Position numbers and translations under genes: made by a program. Source: Eledone cirrhosa (taxonomy: Eukaryota). From it: a stretch of DNA of 64,000 bases. The notes below the pieces were generated by a model that did not search any database, was not told the DNA's origin, and worked only from the letters and a program-made list of their open reading frames with translations. The stretch is taken from the NCBI GenBank assembly GCA_964016885.1, contig OZ024742.1:375472001-375536000 (forward strand). Reading direction: 5' to 3'. Within the stretch, counting starts at the first letter, position 1, and every line of letters starts with the position of its first letter. Positions 1-13,000 of this stretch are shown here, one piece after another.

Positions 1-776
1 CTGTGCCTTTGAATTCTTCTGTGACTTTAACTTCTTCTGTGCTTTTGACTTATACTGTGCCATTGACTTCTTCTGTGCCTTTGACTCCTTCTGTGCTTTT
101 GACTTCTTCTGTGCCTTTGACTTCTTCTGTGCCTTTGACTTCTTCTGTGCCTTTGTCTTCTTCTGTGCCTTTGACCTCTTCTGTGCCTTTGACTTCTTCT
201 GTGCTTTTGTTTTCTTCTGTGCTTTTGACTTCTTCTGTGCCTTTGTCTTCTTCTGTGCCTTTGACTTCTTCTGTGCCTTTGACTTCTTCTGTGCCTTTGA
301 CTTCTTCTGTTCTTTTGACTTCTTCTGTATCTTTGACTTCTTCTGTGCTTTTGACTTCTTCTGTGCCTTTGACTTCTTCTGTGCTTTTGACTTCTTCTGT
401 GCCTTTGACTTCTTCTGTGCCTTTGTCTTCTTCTGTGCCTTTGACTTCTTCTGTGCCTTTGTCTTCTTCTGTGCTTTTGACTTCTTCTGTGCCTTTGTCT
501 TCTTCTGCGCCTTTGTCTTCTTCTGTGCTTTTGTCTTCTTCTGTGCCTTTGTCTTCTTCTGTGCCTTTGTCTTCTTCTGTGCCTTTGTCTTCTTCTGTGC
601 CTTTGTCTTCTTCTGTGCCTTTGTCTTCTTCTGCGCTTTTGTTTTCTTCTGTGCTTTTGACTTCTTCTGTGCCTTTGACTTCTTCTGTGCCTTTGACCTC
701 TTCTGTGCCTTTGACTTCTTCTGTGCTTTTGTTTTCTTCTGTGCTTTTGACTTCTTCTGTGCCTTTGTCTTCTTCT

Positions 777-3700
777 GTGCCTTTGACTTCTTCTGTGCCT
801 TTGACTTCTTCTGTGCCTTTGACTTCTTCTGTTCTTTTGACTTCTTCTGTGCCTTTGACTTCTTCTGTGCTTTTGACTTCTTCTGTGCCTTTGACTTCTT
901 CTGTGCTTTTGACTTCTTCTGTGCCTTTGACTTCTTCTGTGCCTTTGTCTTCTTCTGTGCCTTTGACTTCTGTGCCTTTGTCTTCTTCTGTGCTTTTGAA
1001 TTCTTCTGTGCCTTTGTCTTCTTCTGTGCCTTTGTCTTCTTCTGTGCTCTTGTCTTCTTCTGTGCATTTGTCTTCTTCTGTGCCTTTGTCTTCTTCTGTG
1101 CCTTTGTCTTCTTCTGTGCTTTTGTTTTCTTCTGTGCTTTTGACTTCTTCTGTGCCTTTGACTTCTTCTGTGCCTTTGACTTCTTCTGTGCTTTTGACAT
1201 CTTCTGTGCCTTTGACTTCTTCTGTGCCTTTGACTTCTTCTGTGCCTTTGTCTTCTTCTGTGCCTTTGACTTCTTCTGTGCTTTTGTCTTCTTCTGTGCC
1301 TTTGACTTCTTCTGTGCTTTTGACTTCTTCTGTGCCTTTGACTTCTTTTGTGCTTTTGTTTTCTTCTGTGCTTTTGACTTCTTCTGTGCCTTTGACTTCT
1401 TCTGTGCCTTTGACTTCTTCTGTGCCTTTGACTTCTTCTGTGCTTTTCTCTTCTTCTGTGCCTTTGACTTCTTCTGTGCTTTTGACTTCTTCTGTGCCTT
1501 TGACTTCTTCTGTGCTTTTGTTTTCTTCTGTGTCTTTGACTTCTTCTGTGCCTTTGACTTCTTCTGTGCATTTGACTTCTTCTGTGCTTTTGACTTCTTC
1601 TGTGCCTTTGACTTCTTCTGTGCCTTTGACTTCTTCTGTGCCTTTGACTTCTTCTGTGCCTTAGACTTCTTCTGTGCTTTTGTTTTCTTCTGTGCTTTTG
1701 ACTTCTTCTGTGCCTTTGTCTTCTTCTGTGCCTTTGACTTCTTCTGTGCTTTTGACTTCTTCTGTGCCTTTGACTTCTTCTGTGCCTTTGACTTCTTCTG
1801 TGCCTTTGTCTTCTTCTGTGCCTTTGACTTCTTCTGTGCCTTTGACTTCTTCTGTGCTTTTGTTTCCTTCTGTGCTTTTGACTTCTTCTGTGCCTTTGAC
1901 TTCTTCTGTGCCTTTGACTTCTTCTGTGCCTTTGACTTCTTCTGTGCCTTTGACTTCTTCTGTGCTTTTGTTTTCTTCTGTGCCTTTGACTTCTGTGCCT
2001 TTGATTTCTTCTGTGCCTTTGACTTCTTCTGTGCCTTTGACTTCTTCTGTGCTTTTGACTTCTTCTGTGCCTTTGACTTCTTCTGTGGTTTTGACTTCTT
2101 CTGTGCCTTTGACTTCTTCTGTGCCTTTGTCTTCTTCTGTGCCTTTGACTTCTTCTGTGCTTTTGACTTCTTCTGTGCTTTTGACTTCTTCTGTGCCTTT
2201 GACTTCTTCTGTGCTTTTGTTTTCTTCTGTACTTTTGACTTCTTCTGTGCCTTTGACTTCTTCTCTGCCTTTGACTTCTTCTGTGCTTTTGACTTCTTCT
2301 GTGCCTTTGACTTCTTCTGTGCCTTTGACTTCTTCTGTGCTTTTGACTTCTTCTGTGCCTTTGACTTCTTCTGTGCCTTTGTGTCTTCTGTGCCTTTGAC
2401 TTCTTCTGTGCTTTTTTTTTCTTCTGTGCTTTTGACTTCTTCTGTGCCTTTGAATTCTTCTGTGCCTTTAACTTCTTCTGTGCTTTTGACTTATACTGTG
2501 CCATTGACTTCTTCTGTGCCTTTGACTTCTTCTGTGCCTTTGACTTCTTCTGTGCCTTTGACTTCTTCTGTGCCTTTGACTTCTTCTGTTCTTTTGACTT
2601 CTTCTGTGCCTTTGACTTCTTCTGTGCTTTTGACTTCTTCTGTGCCTTTGACTTCTTCTGTGCTTTTGACTTCTTCTGTGCCTTTGACTTCTTCTGTGCC
2701 TTTGTCTTCTTCTGTGCCTTTGACTTCTGTGCCTTTGTCTTCTTCTGTGCTTTTGAATTCTTCTGTGCCTTTGTCTTCTTCTGTGCCTTTGTCTTCTTCT
2801 GTGCTCTTGTCTTCTTCTGTGCATTTGTCTTCTTCTGTGCCTTTGTCTTCTTCTGTGCCTTTGTCTTCTTCTGTGCTTTTGTTTTCTTCTGTGCTTTTGA
2901 CTTCTTCTGTGCCTTTGACTTCTTCTGTGCCTTTGACTTCTTCTGTGCTTTTGACATCTTCTGTGCCTTTGACTTCTTCTGTGCCTTTGACTTCTTCTGT
3001 GCCTTTGTCTTCTTCTGTGCCTTTGACTTCTTCTGTGCTTTTGTCTTCTTCTGTGCCTTTGACTTCTTCTGTGCTTTTGACTTCTTCTGTGCCTTTGACT
3101 TCTTTTGTGCTTTTGTTTTCTTCTGTGCTTTTGACTTCTTCTGTGCCTTTGACTTCTTCTGTGCCTTTGACTTCTTCTGTGCCTTTGACTTCTTCTGTGC
3201 TTTTCTCTTCTTCTGTGCCTTTGACTTCTTCTGTGCTTTTGACTTCTTCTGTGCCTTTGACTTCTTCTGTGCTTTTGTTTTCTTCTGTGTCTTTGACTTC
3301 TTCTGTGCCTTTGACTTCTTCTGTGCATTTGACTTCTTCTGTGCTTTTGACTTCTTCTGTGCCTTTGACTTCTTCTGTGCCTTTGACTTCTTCTGTGCCT
3401 TTGACTTCTTCTGTGCCTTAGACTTCTTCTGTGCTTTTGTTTTCTTCTGTGCTTTTGACTTCTTCTGTGCCTTTGTCTTCTTCTGTGCCTTTGACTTCTT
3501 CTGTGCTTTTGACTTCTTCTGTGCCTTTGACTTCTTCTGTGCCTTTGACTTCTTCTGTGCCTTTGTCTTCTTCTGTGCCTTTGACTTCTTCTGTGCCTTT
3601 GACTTCTTCTGTGCTTTTGTTTCCTTCTGTGCTTTTGACTTCTTCTGTGCCTTTGACTTCTTCTGTGCCTTTGACTTCTTCTGTGCCTTTGACTTCTTCT

Positions 3701-4290
3701 GTGCCTTTGACTTCTTCTGTGCTTTTGTTTTCTTCTGTGCCTTTGACTTCTGTGCCTTTGATTTCTTCTGTGCCTTTGACTTCTTCTGTGCCTTTGACTT
3801 CTTCTGTGCTTTTGACTTCTTCTGTGCCTTTGACTTCTTCTGTGGTTTTGACTTCTTCTGTGCCTTTGACTTCTTCTGTGCCTTTGTCTTCTTCTGTGCC
3901 TTTGACTTCTTCTGTGCTTTTGACTTCTTCTGTGCTTTTGACTTCTTCTGTGCCTTTGACTTCTTCTGTGCTTTTGTTTTCTTCTGTACTTTTGACTTCT
4001 TCTGTGCCTTTGACTTCTTCTCTGCCTTTGACTTCTTCTGTGCTTTTGACTTCTTCTGTGCCTTTGACTTCTTCTGTGCCTTTGACTTCTTCTGTGCTTT
4101 TGACTTCTTCTGTGCCTTTGACTTCTTCTGTGCCTTTGTGTCTTCTGTGCCTTTGACTTCTTCTGTGCTTTTTTTTTCTTCTGTGCTTTTGACTTCTTCT
4201 GTGCCTTTGAATTCTTCTGTGCCTTTAACTTCTTCTGTGCTTTTGACTTATACTGTGCCATTGACTTCTTCTGTGCCTTTGACTTCTTCT
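777..4290. repeat. Tandem duplication, period 1757 bp (~777-2533 and ~2534-4290)
   Basis: Rare markers recur at +1757: GTTCTT 831/2588, CCTTAG stop ending 1664/3421, 17-bp monomer 2373/4130, TTATACT 2491/4248. ORFs 1674..2399 and 3431..4156 give identical proteins. Confidence 0.93.
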
Positions 4291-6954
4291 GTGCTTTTGA
4301 CTTCTTCTGTGCCTTTGACTTCTTCTGTGCCTTTGACTTCTTCTGTGCCTTTGTCTTCTTCTGTGCCTTTGACCTCTTCTGTGCCTTTGACTTCTTCTGT
4401 GCTTTTGTTTTCTTCTGTGCTTTTGACTTCTTCTGTGCCTTTGTCTTCTTCTGTGCCTTTGACTTCTTCTGTGCCTTTGACTTCTTCTGTGCCTTTGACT
4501 TCTTCATTTCTTTTGACTTCTTCTGTACCTTTGACTTCTTCTGTGCTTTTGACTTCTTCTGTGCCTTTGACTTCTTCTGTGCTTTTGACTTCTTCTGTGC
4601 CTTTGACTTCTTCTGTGCCTTTGTCTTCTTCTGTGCCTTTGACTTCTTCTGTGCCTTTGTCTTCTTCTGTGCTTTTGACTTCTTCTGTGCCTTTGTCTTC
4701 TTCTGTGCCTTTGTCTTCTTCTGTGCTTTTGTCTTCTTCTGTGCCTTTGTCTTCTTCTGTGCCTTTGTCTTCTTCTGTGCCTTTGTCTTCTTCTGTGCTT
4801 TTGTTTTCTTCTGTGCTTTTGACTTCTTCTGTGCCTTTGACTTCTTCTGTGCCTTTGACTTCTTCTGTGCTTTTGACATCTTCTGAGCCTTTGACTTCTT
4901 CTGTGCCTTTGACTTCTTCTGTGCCTTTGTCTTCTTCTGTGCCTTTGACTTCTTCTGTGCTTTTGTCTTCTTCTGTGCCTTTGACTTCTTCTGTGCTTTT
5001 GACTTCTTCTGTGCCTTTGACTTCTTTTGTGCTTTTGTTTTCTTCTGTGCTTTTGACTTCTTCTGTGCCTTTGACTTCTTCTGTGCCTTTGACTTCTTCT
5101 GTGCCTTTGACTTCTTCTGTGCTTTTCTCTTCTTCTGTGCCTTTGTCTTCTTCTGTGCCTTTGACTTCTTCTGTGCTTTTGTTTTCTTCTGTGCCTTTAA
5201 CTTCTTCTGTGCCTTTGACTTCTTCTGTGCCTTTAACTTCTTCTGTGCTTTTGACTTCTTCTGTGCCTTTGACTTCTTCTGTGCCTTTGACTTCTTCTGT
5301 GCTTTTGACTTCTTCTGTGCCTTTGACTTCTTCTGTGCCTTTGACTTCTTCTGTGCCTTTGTCTTCTTCTGTGCCTTTGACTTCTTCTGTGCCTTTGACT
5401 TCTTCTGTGCCTTTGACTTCTTCTGTGCCTTTGACTTCTTCTGTGCTTTTGTTTTCTTCTGTGCTTTTGACTTCTTCTGTGCCTTTGACTTCTTCTGTGC
5501 CTTTGAATTCTTCTGTGCCTTTGACTTCTTCAGTGCCTTTGACTTCTTCTGTGCCTTTAACTTCTTCTGTGCTTTTTTTTTCTTCTGTGCTTTTGACTTC
5601 TTCTGTGCCTTTGAATTCTTCTGTGCCTTTAACTTCTTCTGTGCTTTTGACTTATACTGTGCCATTGACTTCTTCTGTGCCTTTGACTTCTTCTGTGCTT
5701 TTGACTTCTTCTGTGCCTTTGACTTCTTCTGTGCCTTTGACTTCTTCTGTGCCTTTGTCTTCTTCTGTGCCTTTGACCTCTTCTGTGCCTTTGACTTCTT
5801 CTGTGCTTTTGTTTTCTTCTGTGCTTTTGACTTCTTCTGTGCCTTTGTCTTCTTCTGTGCCTTTGACTTCTTCTGTGCCTTTGACTTCTTCTGTGCCTTT
5901 GACTTCTTCATTTCTTTTGACTTCTTCTGTACCTTTGACTTCTTCTGTGCTTTTGACTTCTTCTGTGCCTTTGACTTCTTCTGTGCTTTTGACTTCTTCT
6001 GTGCCTTTGACTTCTTCTGTGCCTTTGTCTTCTTCTGTGCCTTTGACTTCTTCTGTGCCTTTGTCTTCTTCTGTGCTTTTGACTTCTTCTGTGCCTTTGT
6101 CTTCTTCTGTGCCTTTGTCTTCTTCTGTGCTTTTGTCTTCTTCTGTGCCTTTGTCTTCTTCTGTGCCTTTGTCTTCTTCTGTGCCTTTGTCTTCTTCTGT
6201 GCTTTTGTTTTCTTCTGTGCTTTTGACTTCTTCTGTGCCTTTGACTTCTTCTGTGCCTTTGACTTCTTCTGTGCTTTTGACATCTTCTGAGCCTTTGACT
6301 TCTTCTGTGCCTTTGACTTCTTCTGTGCCTTTGTCTTCTTCTGTGCCTTTGACTTCTTCTGTGCTTTTGTCTTCTTCTGTGCCTTTGACTTCTTCTGTGC
6401 TTTTGACTTCTTCTGTGCCTTTGACTTCTTTTGTGCTTTTGTTTTCTTCTGTGCTTTTGACTTCTTCTGTGCCTTTGACTTCTTCTGTGCCTTTGACTTC
6501 TTCTGTGCCTTTGACTTCTTCTGTGCTTTTCTCTTCTTCTGTGCCTTTGTCTTCTTCTGTGCCTTTGACTTCTTCTGTGCTTTTGTTTTCTTCTGTGCCT
6601 TTAACTTCTTCTGTGCCTTTGACTTCTTCTGTGCCTTTAACTTCTTCTGTGCTTTTGACTTCTTCTGTGCCTTTGACTTCTTCTGTGCCTTTGACTTCTT
6701 CTGTGCTTTTGACTTCTTCTGTGCCTTTGACTTCTTCTGTGCCTTTGACTTCTTCTGTGCCTTTGTCTTCTTCTGTGCCTTTGACTTCTTCTGTGCCTTT
6801 GACTTCTTCTGTGCCTTTGACTTCTTCTGTGCCTTTGACTTCTTCTGTGCTTTTGTTTTCTTCTGTGCTTTTGACTTCTTCTGTGCCTTTGACTTCTTCT
6901 GTGCCTTTGAATTCTTCTGTGCCTTTGACTTCTTCAGTGCCTTTGACTTCTTCT
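4165..6954. repeat. Tandem duplication, period 1404 bp (78 monomers; ~4165-5550 and ~5569-6954)
   Basis: Markers at +1404: T-run monomer 4165/5569, TTATACT 4248/5652, TCATTTC 4504/5908, TTCAGTG near 5530/6934. Confidence 0.93.
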
Positions 6955-7008
6955 GTGCTTTTGTTTTCTTCTGTGCTTTTGACTTCTTCTGTGCCTTTGA
7001 CTTCTTCT

Positions 7009-7440
7009 GTGCTTTTGACTTCTTCTGTGCTTTTGACTTCTTCTGTGCCTTTGACTTCATCTGTGCTTTTGACTTCTTCTGTGCCTTTGACTTCTTCTGT
7101 GCTTTTGACTTCTTCTGTGCCTTTGACTTCTTCTGTGCCTTTGACTTCTTCTGTGCTTTTGACTTCTTCTGTGCTTTTGACATCTTCTGTGCCTTTGACT
7201 TCTTCTGTGCTTTTGACTTCTTCTGTGCCTTTGACTTCTTCTGTGCTTTTGACTTCTTCTGTGCCTTTGACTTCTTCTGTGCCTTTGACTTCTTCTGTGC
7301 TTTTGACTTCTTCTGTGCTTTTGACTTCTTCTGTGCCTTTGACTTCTTCTGTGCTTTTGACTTCTTCTGTGCCTTTGACTTCTTCTGTGCTTTTGACTTC
7401 TTCTGTGCCTTTGACTTCTTCTGTGCCTTTGACTTCTTCT
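7009..7440. repeat. Three copies of an 8-monomer (144-bp) higher-order unit B-B-A-B-A-B-A-A
   Basis: Read monomer by monomer: units start at 7009, 7153 and 7297. The same pattern recurs near 13170-13460, 33330, 36910 and 39160. Confidence 0.85.
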
Positions 7441-8389
7441 GTGCTTTTGACTTCTTCTGTGCCTTTGACTTCTGTGCTTTTGACTTCTTCTGTGCCTTTG
7501 ACTTCTTCTGTGCCTTTGACTTCTTCTGTGCTTTTGACTTCTTCTGTGCCTTTGTCTTCTTCTGTGCCTTTGACTTCTTCTGTGCCTTTGACTTCTTCAG
7601 TGCCTTTGACTTCTTCTGTGCCTTTGACTTCTTCTTTGCCTTTGACTTTTTCTGTGCTTTTGACTTCTTCTGTGCCTTTGACTTCTTCTGTGCTTTTGAC
7701 TTCTTCTGTGACTTTGACTTCTTCTGTGCCTTTGACTTCTTCTGTGCCTTTGTCTTCTTCTGTGCTTTTGACTTCTTCTGTGCCTTTGACTTCTTCTGTG
7801 CTTTTGTTTCCTTCTGTGCTTTTGACTTCTTCTGTGCCTTTGACTTCTTCTGTGCCTTTGACTTCTTCTGTGCCTTTGACTTCTTCTGTGCCTTTGACTT
7901 CTTCTGTGTTTTTGTTTTCTTCTGTGCCTTTGACTTCTTCTGTGCCTTTGATTTCTTCTGTGCCTTTGACTTCTTCTGTGCCTTTGACTTCTTCTGTGCT
8001 TTTGACTTCTTCTGTGCCTTTGACTTCTTCTGTGGTTTTGACTTCTTCTGTGCCTTTGACTTCTTCTGTGCCTTTGTCTTCTTCTGTGCCTTTGACTTCT
8101 TCTGTGCTTTTGACTTCTTCTGTGCTTTTGACTTCTTCTGTGCCTTTGACTTCTTCTGTGCTTTTGTTTTCTTGTGTACTTTTGACTTCTTCTGTGCCTT
8201 TGACTTCTTCTCTGCCTTTGACTTCTTCTGTGCTTTTGACTTCTTCTGTGCCTTTGACTTCTTCTGTGCCTTTGACTTCTTCTGTGCTTTTGACTTCTTC
8301 TGTGCCTTTGACTTCTTCTGTGCCTTTGTCTTCTTCTGTGCCTTTGACTTCTTCTGTGCTTTTGTTTTCTTCTGTGCTTTTGACTTCTT

Positions 8390-10080
8390 CTGTGCCTTTG
8401 AATTCTTCTGTGCCTTTAACTTCTTCTGTGCTTTTGACTTATACTGTGCCATTGACTTCTTCTGTGCCTTTGACATCTTCTGTGCTTTTGACTTCTTCTG
8501 TGCCTTTGACTTCTTCTGTGCCTTTGACTTCTTCTGTGCCTTTGTCTTCTTCTGTGCCTTTGACCTCTTCTGTGCCTTTGACTTCTTCTGTGCTTTTGTT
8601 TTCTTCTGTGCTTTTGACTTCTTCTGTGCCTTTGTCTTCTTCTGTGCCTTTGACTTCTTCTGTGCCTTTGACTTCTTCTGTGCCTTTGACTTCTTCTGTT
8701 CTTTTGACTTCTTCTGTGCCTTTGACTTCTTCTGTGCTTTTGACTTCTTCTGTGCCTTTGACTTCTTCTGTGCTTTTGACTTCTTCTGTGCCTTTGACTT
8801 CTTCTGTGCCTTTGACTTCTTCTGTGCCTTTGACTTCTTCTGTGCCTTTGTCTTCTTCTGTGCCTTTGACTTCTGTGCCTTTGTCTTCTTCTGTGCTTTT
8901 GACTTCTTCTGTGCCTTTGTCTTCTTCTGTGCCTTTGTCTTCTTCTGTGCTTTTGTCTTCTTCTGTGCATTTGTCTTCTTCTGTGCCTTTGTCTTCTTCT
9001 GTGCCTTTGTCTTCTTCTGTGCCTTTGACTTCTTCTGTGCTTTTGACATCTTCTGTGCCTTTGACTTCTTCTGTGCCTTTGACTTCTTCTGTGCCTTTGT
9101 CTTCTTCTGTGCCTTTGACTTCTTCTGTGCTTTTGTCTTCTTCTGTGCCTTTGACTTCTTCTGTGCTTTTGTTTTCTTCTGTGCTTTTGACTTCTTCTGT
9201 GCCTTTGTCTTCTTCTGTGCCTTTGACTTCTTCTGTGCCTTTGACTTCTTCTGTGCCTTTGACTTCTTCTGTGCTTTTGAATTCTTCTGTGCCTTTAACT
9301 TCTTCTGTGCTTTTGACTTATACTGTGCCATTGACTTCTTCTGTGCCTTTGACATCTTCTGTGCTTTTGACTTCTTCTGTGCCTTTGACTTCTTCTGTGC
9401 CTTTGACTTCTTCTGTGCCTTTGTCTTCTTCTGTGCCTTTGACCTCTTCTGTGCCTTTGACTTCTTCTGTGCTTTTGTTTTCTTCTGTGCTTTTGACTTC
9501 TTCTTTGCCTTTGTCTTCTTCTGTGCCTTTGACTTCTTCTGTGCCTTTGACTTCTTCTGTGCCTTTGACTTCTTCTGTTCTTTTGACTTCTTCTGTGCCT
9601 TTGACTTCTTCTGTGCTTTTGACTTCTTCTGTGCCTTTGACTTCTTCTGTGCTTTTGACTTCTTCTGTGCCTTTGACTTCTTCTGTGCCTTTAACTTCTT
9701 CTGTGCCTTTGACTTCTTCTGTGCCTTTGTCTTCTTCTGTGCCTTTGACTTCTGTGCCTTTGTCTTCTTCTGTGCTTTTGACTTCTTCTGTGCCTTTGTC
9801 TTCTTCTGTGCCTTTGTCTTCTTCTGTGCTTTTGTCTTCTTCTGTGCATTTGTCTTCTTCTGTGCCTTTGTCTTCTTCTGTGCCTTTGTCTTCTTCTGTG
9901 CTTTTGTTTTCTTCTGTGCTTTTGACTTCTTCTGTGCCTTTGACTTCTTCTGTGCCTTTGACTTCTTCTGTGCTTTTGACATCTTCTGTGCCTTTGACTT
10001 CTTCTGTGCCTTTGACTTCTTCTGTGCCTTTGTCTTCTTCTGTGCCTTTGACTTCTTCTGTGCTTTTGTCTTCTTCTGTG
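8390..10080. repeat. Imperfect tandem duplication, period ~879 bp
   Basis: TTATACT at 8439 and 9318, each followed by CCATTG, GACATC, GACCTC, GTTCTT, a 15-bp monomer and GCATTTGTC in the same order. Boundaries are approximate. Confidence 0.8.
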
Positions 10081-13000
10081 CCTTTGACTTCTTCTGTGCT
10101 TTTGACTTCTTCTGTGCCTTTGACTTCTTTTGTGCTTTTGTTTTCTTCTGTGCTTTTGACTTCTTCTGTGCCTTTGACTTCTTCTGTGCCTTTGACTTCT
10201 TCTGTGCCTTTGACTTCTTCTGTGCTTTTCTCTTCTTCTGTGCCTTTGACTTCTTCTGTGCTTTTGTCTTCTTCTGTGCCTTTGACTTCTTCTGTGCTTC
10301 TGACTTCTTCTGTGCTTTTGTTTTCTTCTGTGCTTTTGACTTCTTCTGTGCCTTTGTCTTCTTCTGTGCCTTTGACTTCTTCTGTGCTTTTGACTTCTTC
10401 TGTGCCTTTGACTTCTTCTGTGCCTTTGACTTCTTCTGTGCCTTTGTCTTCTTCTGTGCCTTTGACTTCTTCTGTGCCTTTGACTTCTTCTGTGCTTTTG
10501 TTTTCTTCTGTGCCTTTGACTTCTTCTGTGCCTTTGATTTCTTCTGTGCCTTTGACTTCTTCTGTGCCTTTGACTTCTTCTGTGCTTTTGACTTCTTCTG
10601 TGCCTTTGACTTCTTCTGTGGTTTTGACTTCTTCTGTGCCTTTGACTTCTTCTGTGCCTTTGTCTTCTTCTGTGCCTTTGACTTCTTCTGTGCTTTTGAC
10701 TTCTTCTGTGCTTTTGACTTCTTCTGTGCCTTTGACTTCTTCTGTCCTTTTGTTTTCTGCTGTACTTTTGACTTCTTCTGTGCCTTTGACTTCTTCTCTG
10801 CCTTTGACTTCTTCTGTGCTTTTGACTTCTTCTGTGCCTTTGACTTCTTCTGTGCCTTTGACTTCTTCTGTGCCTTTGTCTTCTTCTGTGCCTTTGACCT
10901 CTTCTGTGCCTTTGACTTCTTCTGTGCTTTTGTTTTCTTCTGTGCTTTTGACTTCTTCTGTGCCTTTGTCTTCTTCTGTGCCTTTGACTTCTTCTGTGCC
11001 TTTGACTTCTTCTGTGCCTTTGACTTCTTCTGTTCTTTTGACTTCTTCTGTACCTTTGACTTCTTCTGTGCTTTTGACTTCTTCTGTGCCTTTGACTTCT
11101 TCTGTGCTTTTGACTTCTTCTGTGCCTTTGACTTCTTCTGTGCCTTTGTCTTCTTCTGTGCCTTTGACTTCTTCTGTGCCTTTGTCTTCTTCTGTGCTTT
11201 TGACTTCTTCTGTGCCTTTGTCTTCTTCTGTGCCTTTGTCTTCTCCTGTGCTTTTGTCTTCTTCTGTGCCTTTGTCTTCTTCTGTGCCTTTGTCTTCTTC
11301 TGTGCCTTTGTCTTCTTCTGTGCTTTTGTTTTCTTCTGTGCTTTTGACTTCTTCTGTGCCTTTGACTTCTTCTGTGCCTTTGACTTCTTCTGTGCTTTTG
11401 ACATCTTCTGAGCCTTTGACTTCTTCTGTGCCTTTGACTTCTTCTGTGCCTTTGTCTTCTTCTGTGCCTTTGACTTCTTCTGTGCTTTTGTCTTCTTCTG
11501 TGCCTTTGACTTCTTCTGTGCTTTTGACTTCTTCTGTGCCTTTGACTTCTTTTGTGCTTTTGTTTTCTTCTGTGCTTTTGACTTCTTCTGTGCCTTTGAC
11601 TTCTTCTGTGCCTTTGACTTCTTCTGTGCCTTTGACTTCTTCTGTGCTTTTCTCTTCTTCTGTGCCTTTGACTTCTTCTGTGCTTTTGTCTTCTTCTGTA
11701 CCTTTGACTTCTTCTGTGCTTTTGACTTCTTCTGTGCCTTTGACTTCTTCTGTGCTTTTGTTTTCTTCTGTGCCTTTGACTTCTTCTGTGCCTTTGACTT
11801 CTTCTGTGCATTTGACTTCTTCTGTGCTTTTGACTTCTTCTGTGCCTTTGACTTCTTCTGTGCCTTTGACTTATCCTGTGCCTTTGACTTCTTCTGTGCT
11901 TTTGTTTTCCTCTGTGCTTTTGACTTCTTCTATGCCTTTGACTTCTTCTGTGCCTTTGTCTTCTTCTGTGCCTTTGACTTCTTCTGTGCCTTTGACTTCT
12001 TCTGTGCTTTTGTTTTCTTCTGTGCTTTTGACTTCTTCTGTGCCTTTGACTTCTTCTGTGCCTTTGACTTCTTCTGTGCTTTTGACATCTTCTGAGCCTT
12101 TGACTTCTTCTGTGCCTTTGACTTCTTCTGTGCCTTTGTCTTCTTCTGTGCCTTTGACTTCTTCTGTGCTTTTGTCTTCTTCTGTGCCTTTGACTTCTTC
12201 TGTGCTTTTGACTTCTTCTGTGCCTTTGACTTCTTTTGTGCTTTTGTTTTCTTCTGTGCTTTTGACTTCTTCTGTGCCTTTGACTTCTTCTGTGCCTTTG
12301 ACTTCTTCTGTGCCTTTGACTTCTTCTGTGCTTTTCTCTTCTTCTGTGCCTTTGACTTCTTCTGTGCTTTTGTCTTCTTCTGTGCCTTTGACTTCTTCTG
12401 TGCTTTTGACTTCTTCTGTGCCTTTGACTTCTTCTGTGCTTTTGTTTTCTTCTGTGCTTTTGACTTCTTCTGTGCCTTTGACTTCTTCTGTGCATTTGAC
12501 TTCTTCTGTGCTTTTGACTTCTTCTGTGCCTTTGACTTCTTCTGTGCCTTTGTCTTCTTCTGTGCCTTTGACTTCTTCTGTGCTTTTGTTTTCTTCTGTG
12601 CCTTTAACTTCTTTGTGCCTTTGACTTCTTCTGTGCCTTTGACTTCTTCTGTGCCTTTGACTTCTTCTGTGCTTTTGACTTCTTCTGTGCCTTTGACTTC
12701 TTCTGTGCCTTTGACTTCTTCTGTGCCTTTGTCTTCTTCTGTGCCTTTGACTTCTTCTGTGCCTTTGACTTCTTCTGTGCTTTTGTTTTCTTCTGTGCTT
12801 TTGACTTCTTCTGTGCCTTTGACTTCTTCTGTGCCTTTGACTTCTTCTGTGCCTTTGACTTATCCTGTGCCTTTGACTTCTTCTGTGCTTTTGTTTTCTT
12901 CTGTGCTTTTGACTTCTTCTATACCTTTGACTTCTTCTGTGCCTTTGTCTTCTTCTGTGCCTTTGACTTCTTCTGTGCCTTTGACTTCTTCTGTGCTTTT

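Noticed and set aside
2412-2420. T-runs (also ~4169, ~5573, ~41704) as intrinsic terminators
   Set aside because: They are a G>T variant of monomer D of normal 18-bp length with no preceding hairpin.
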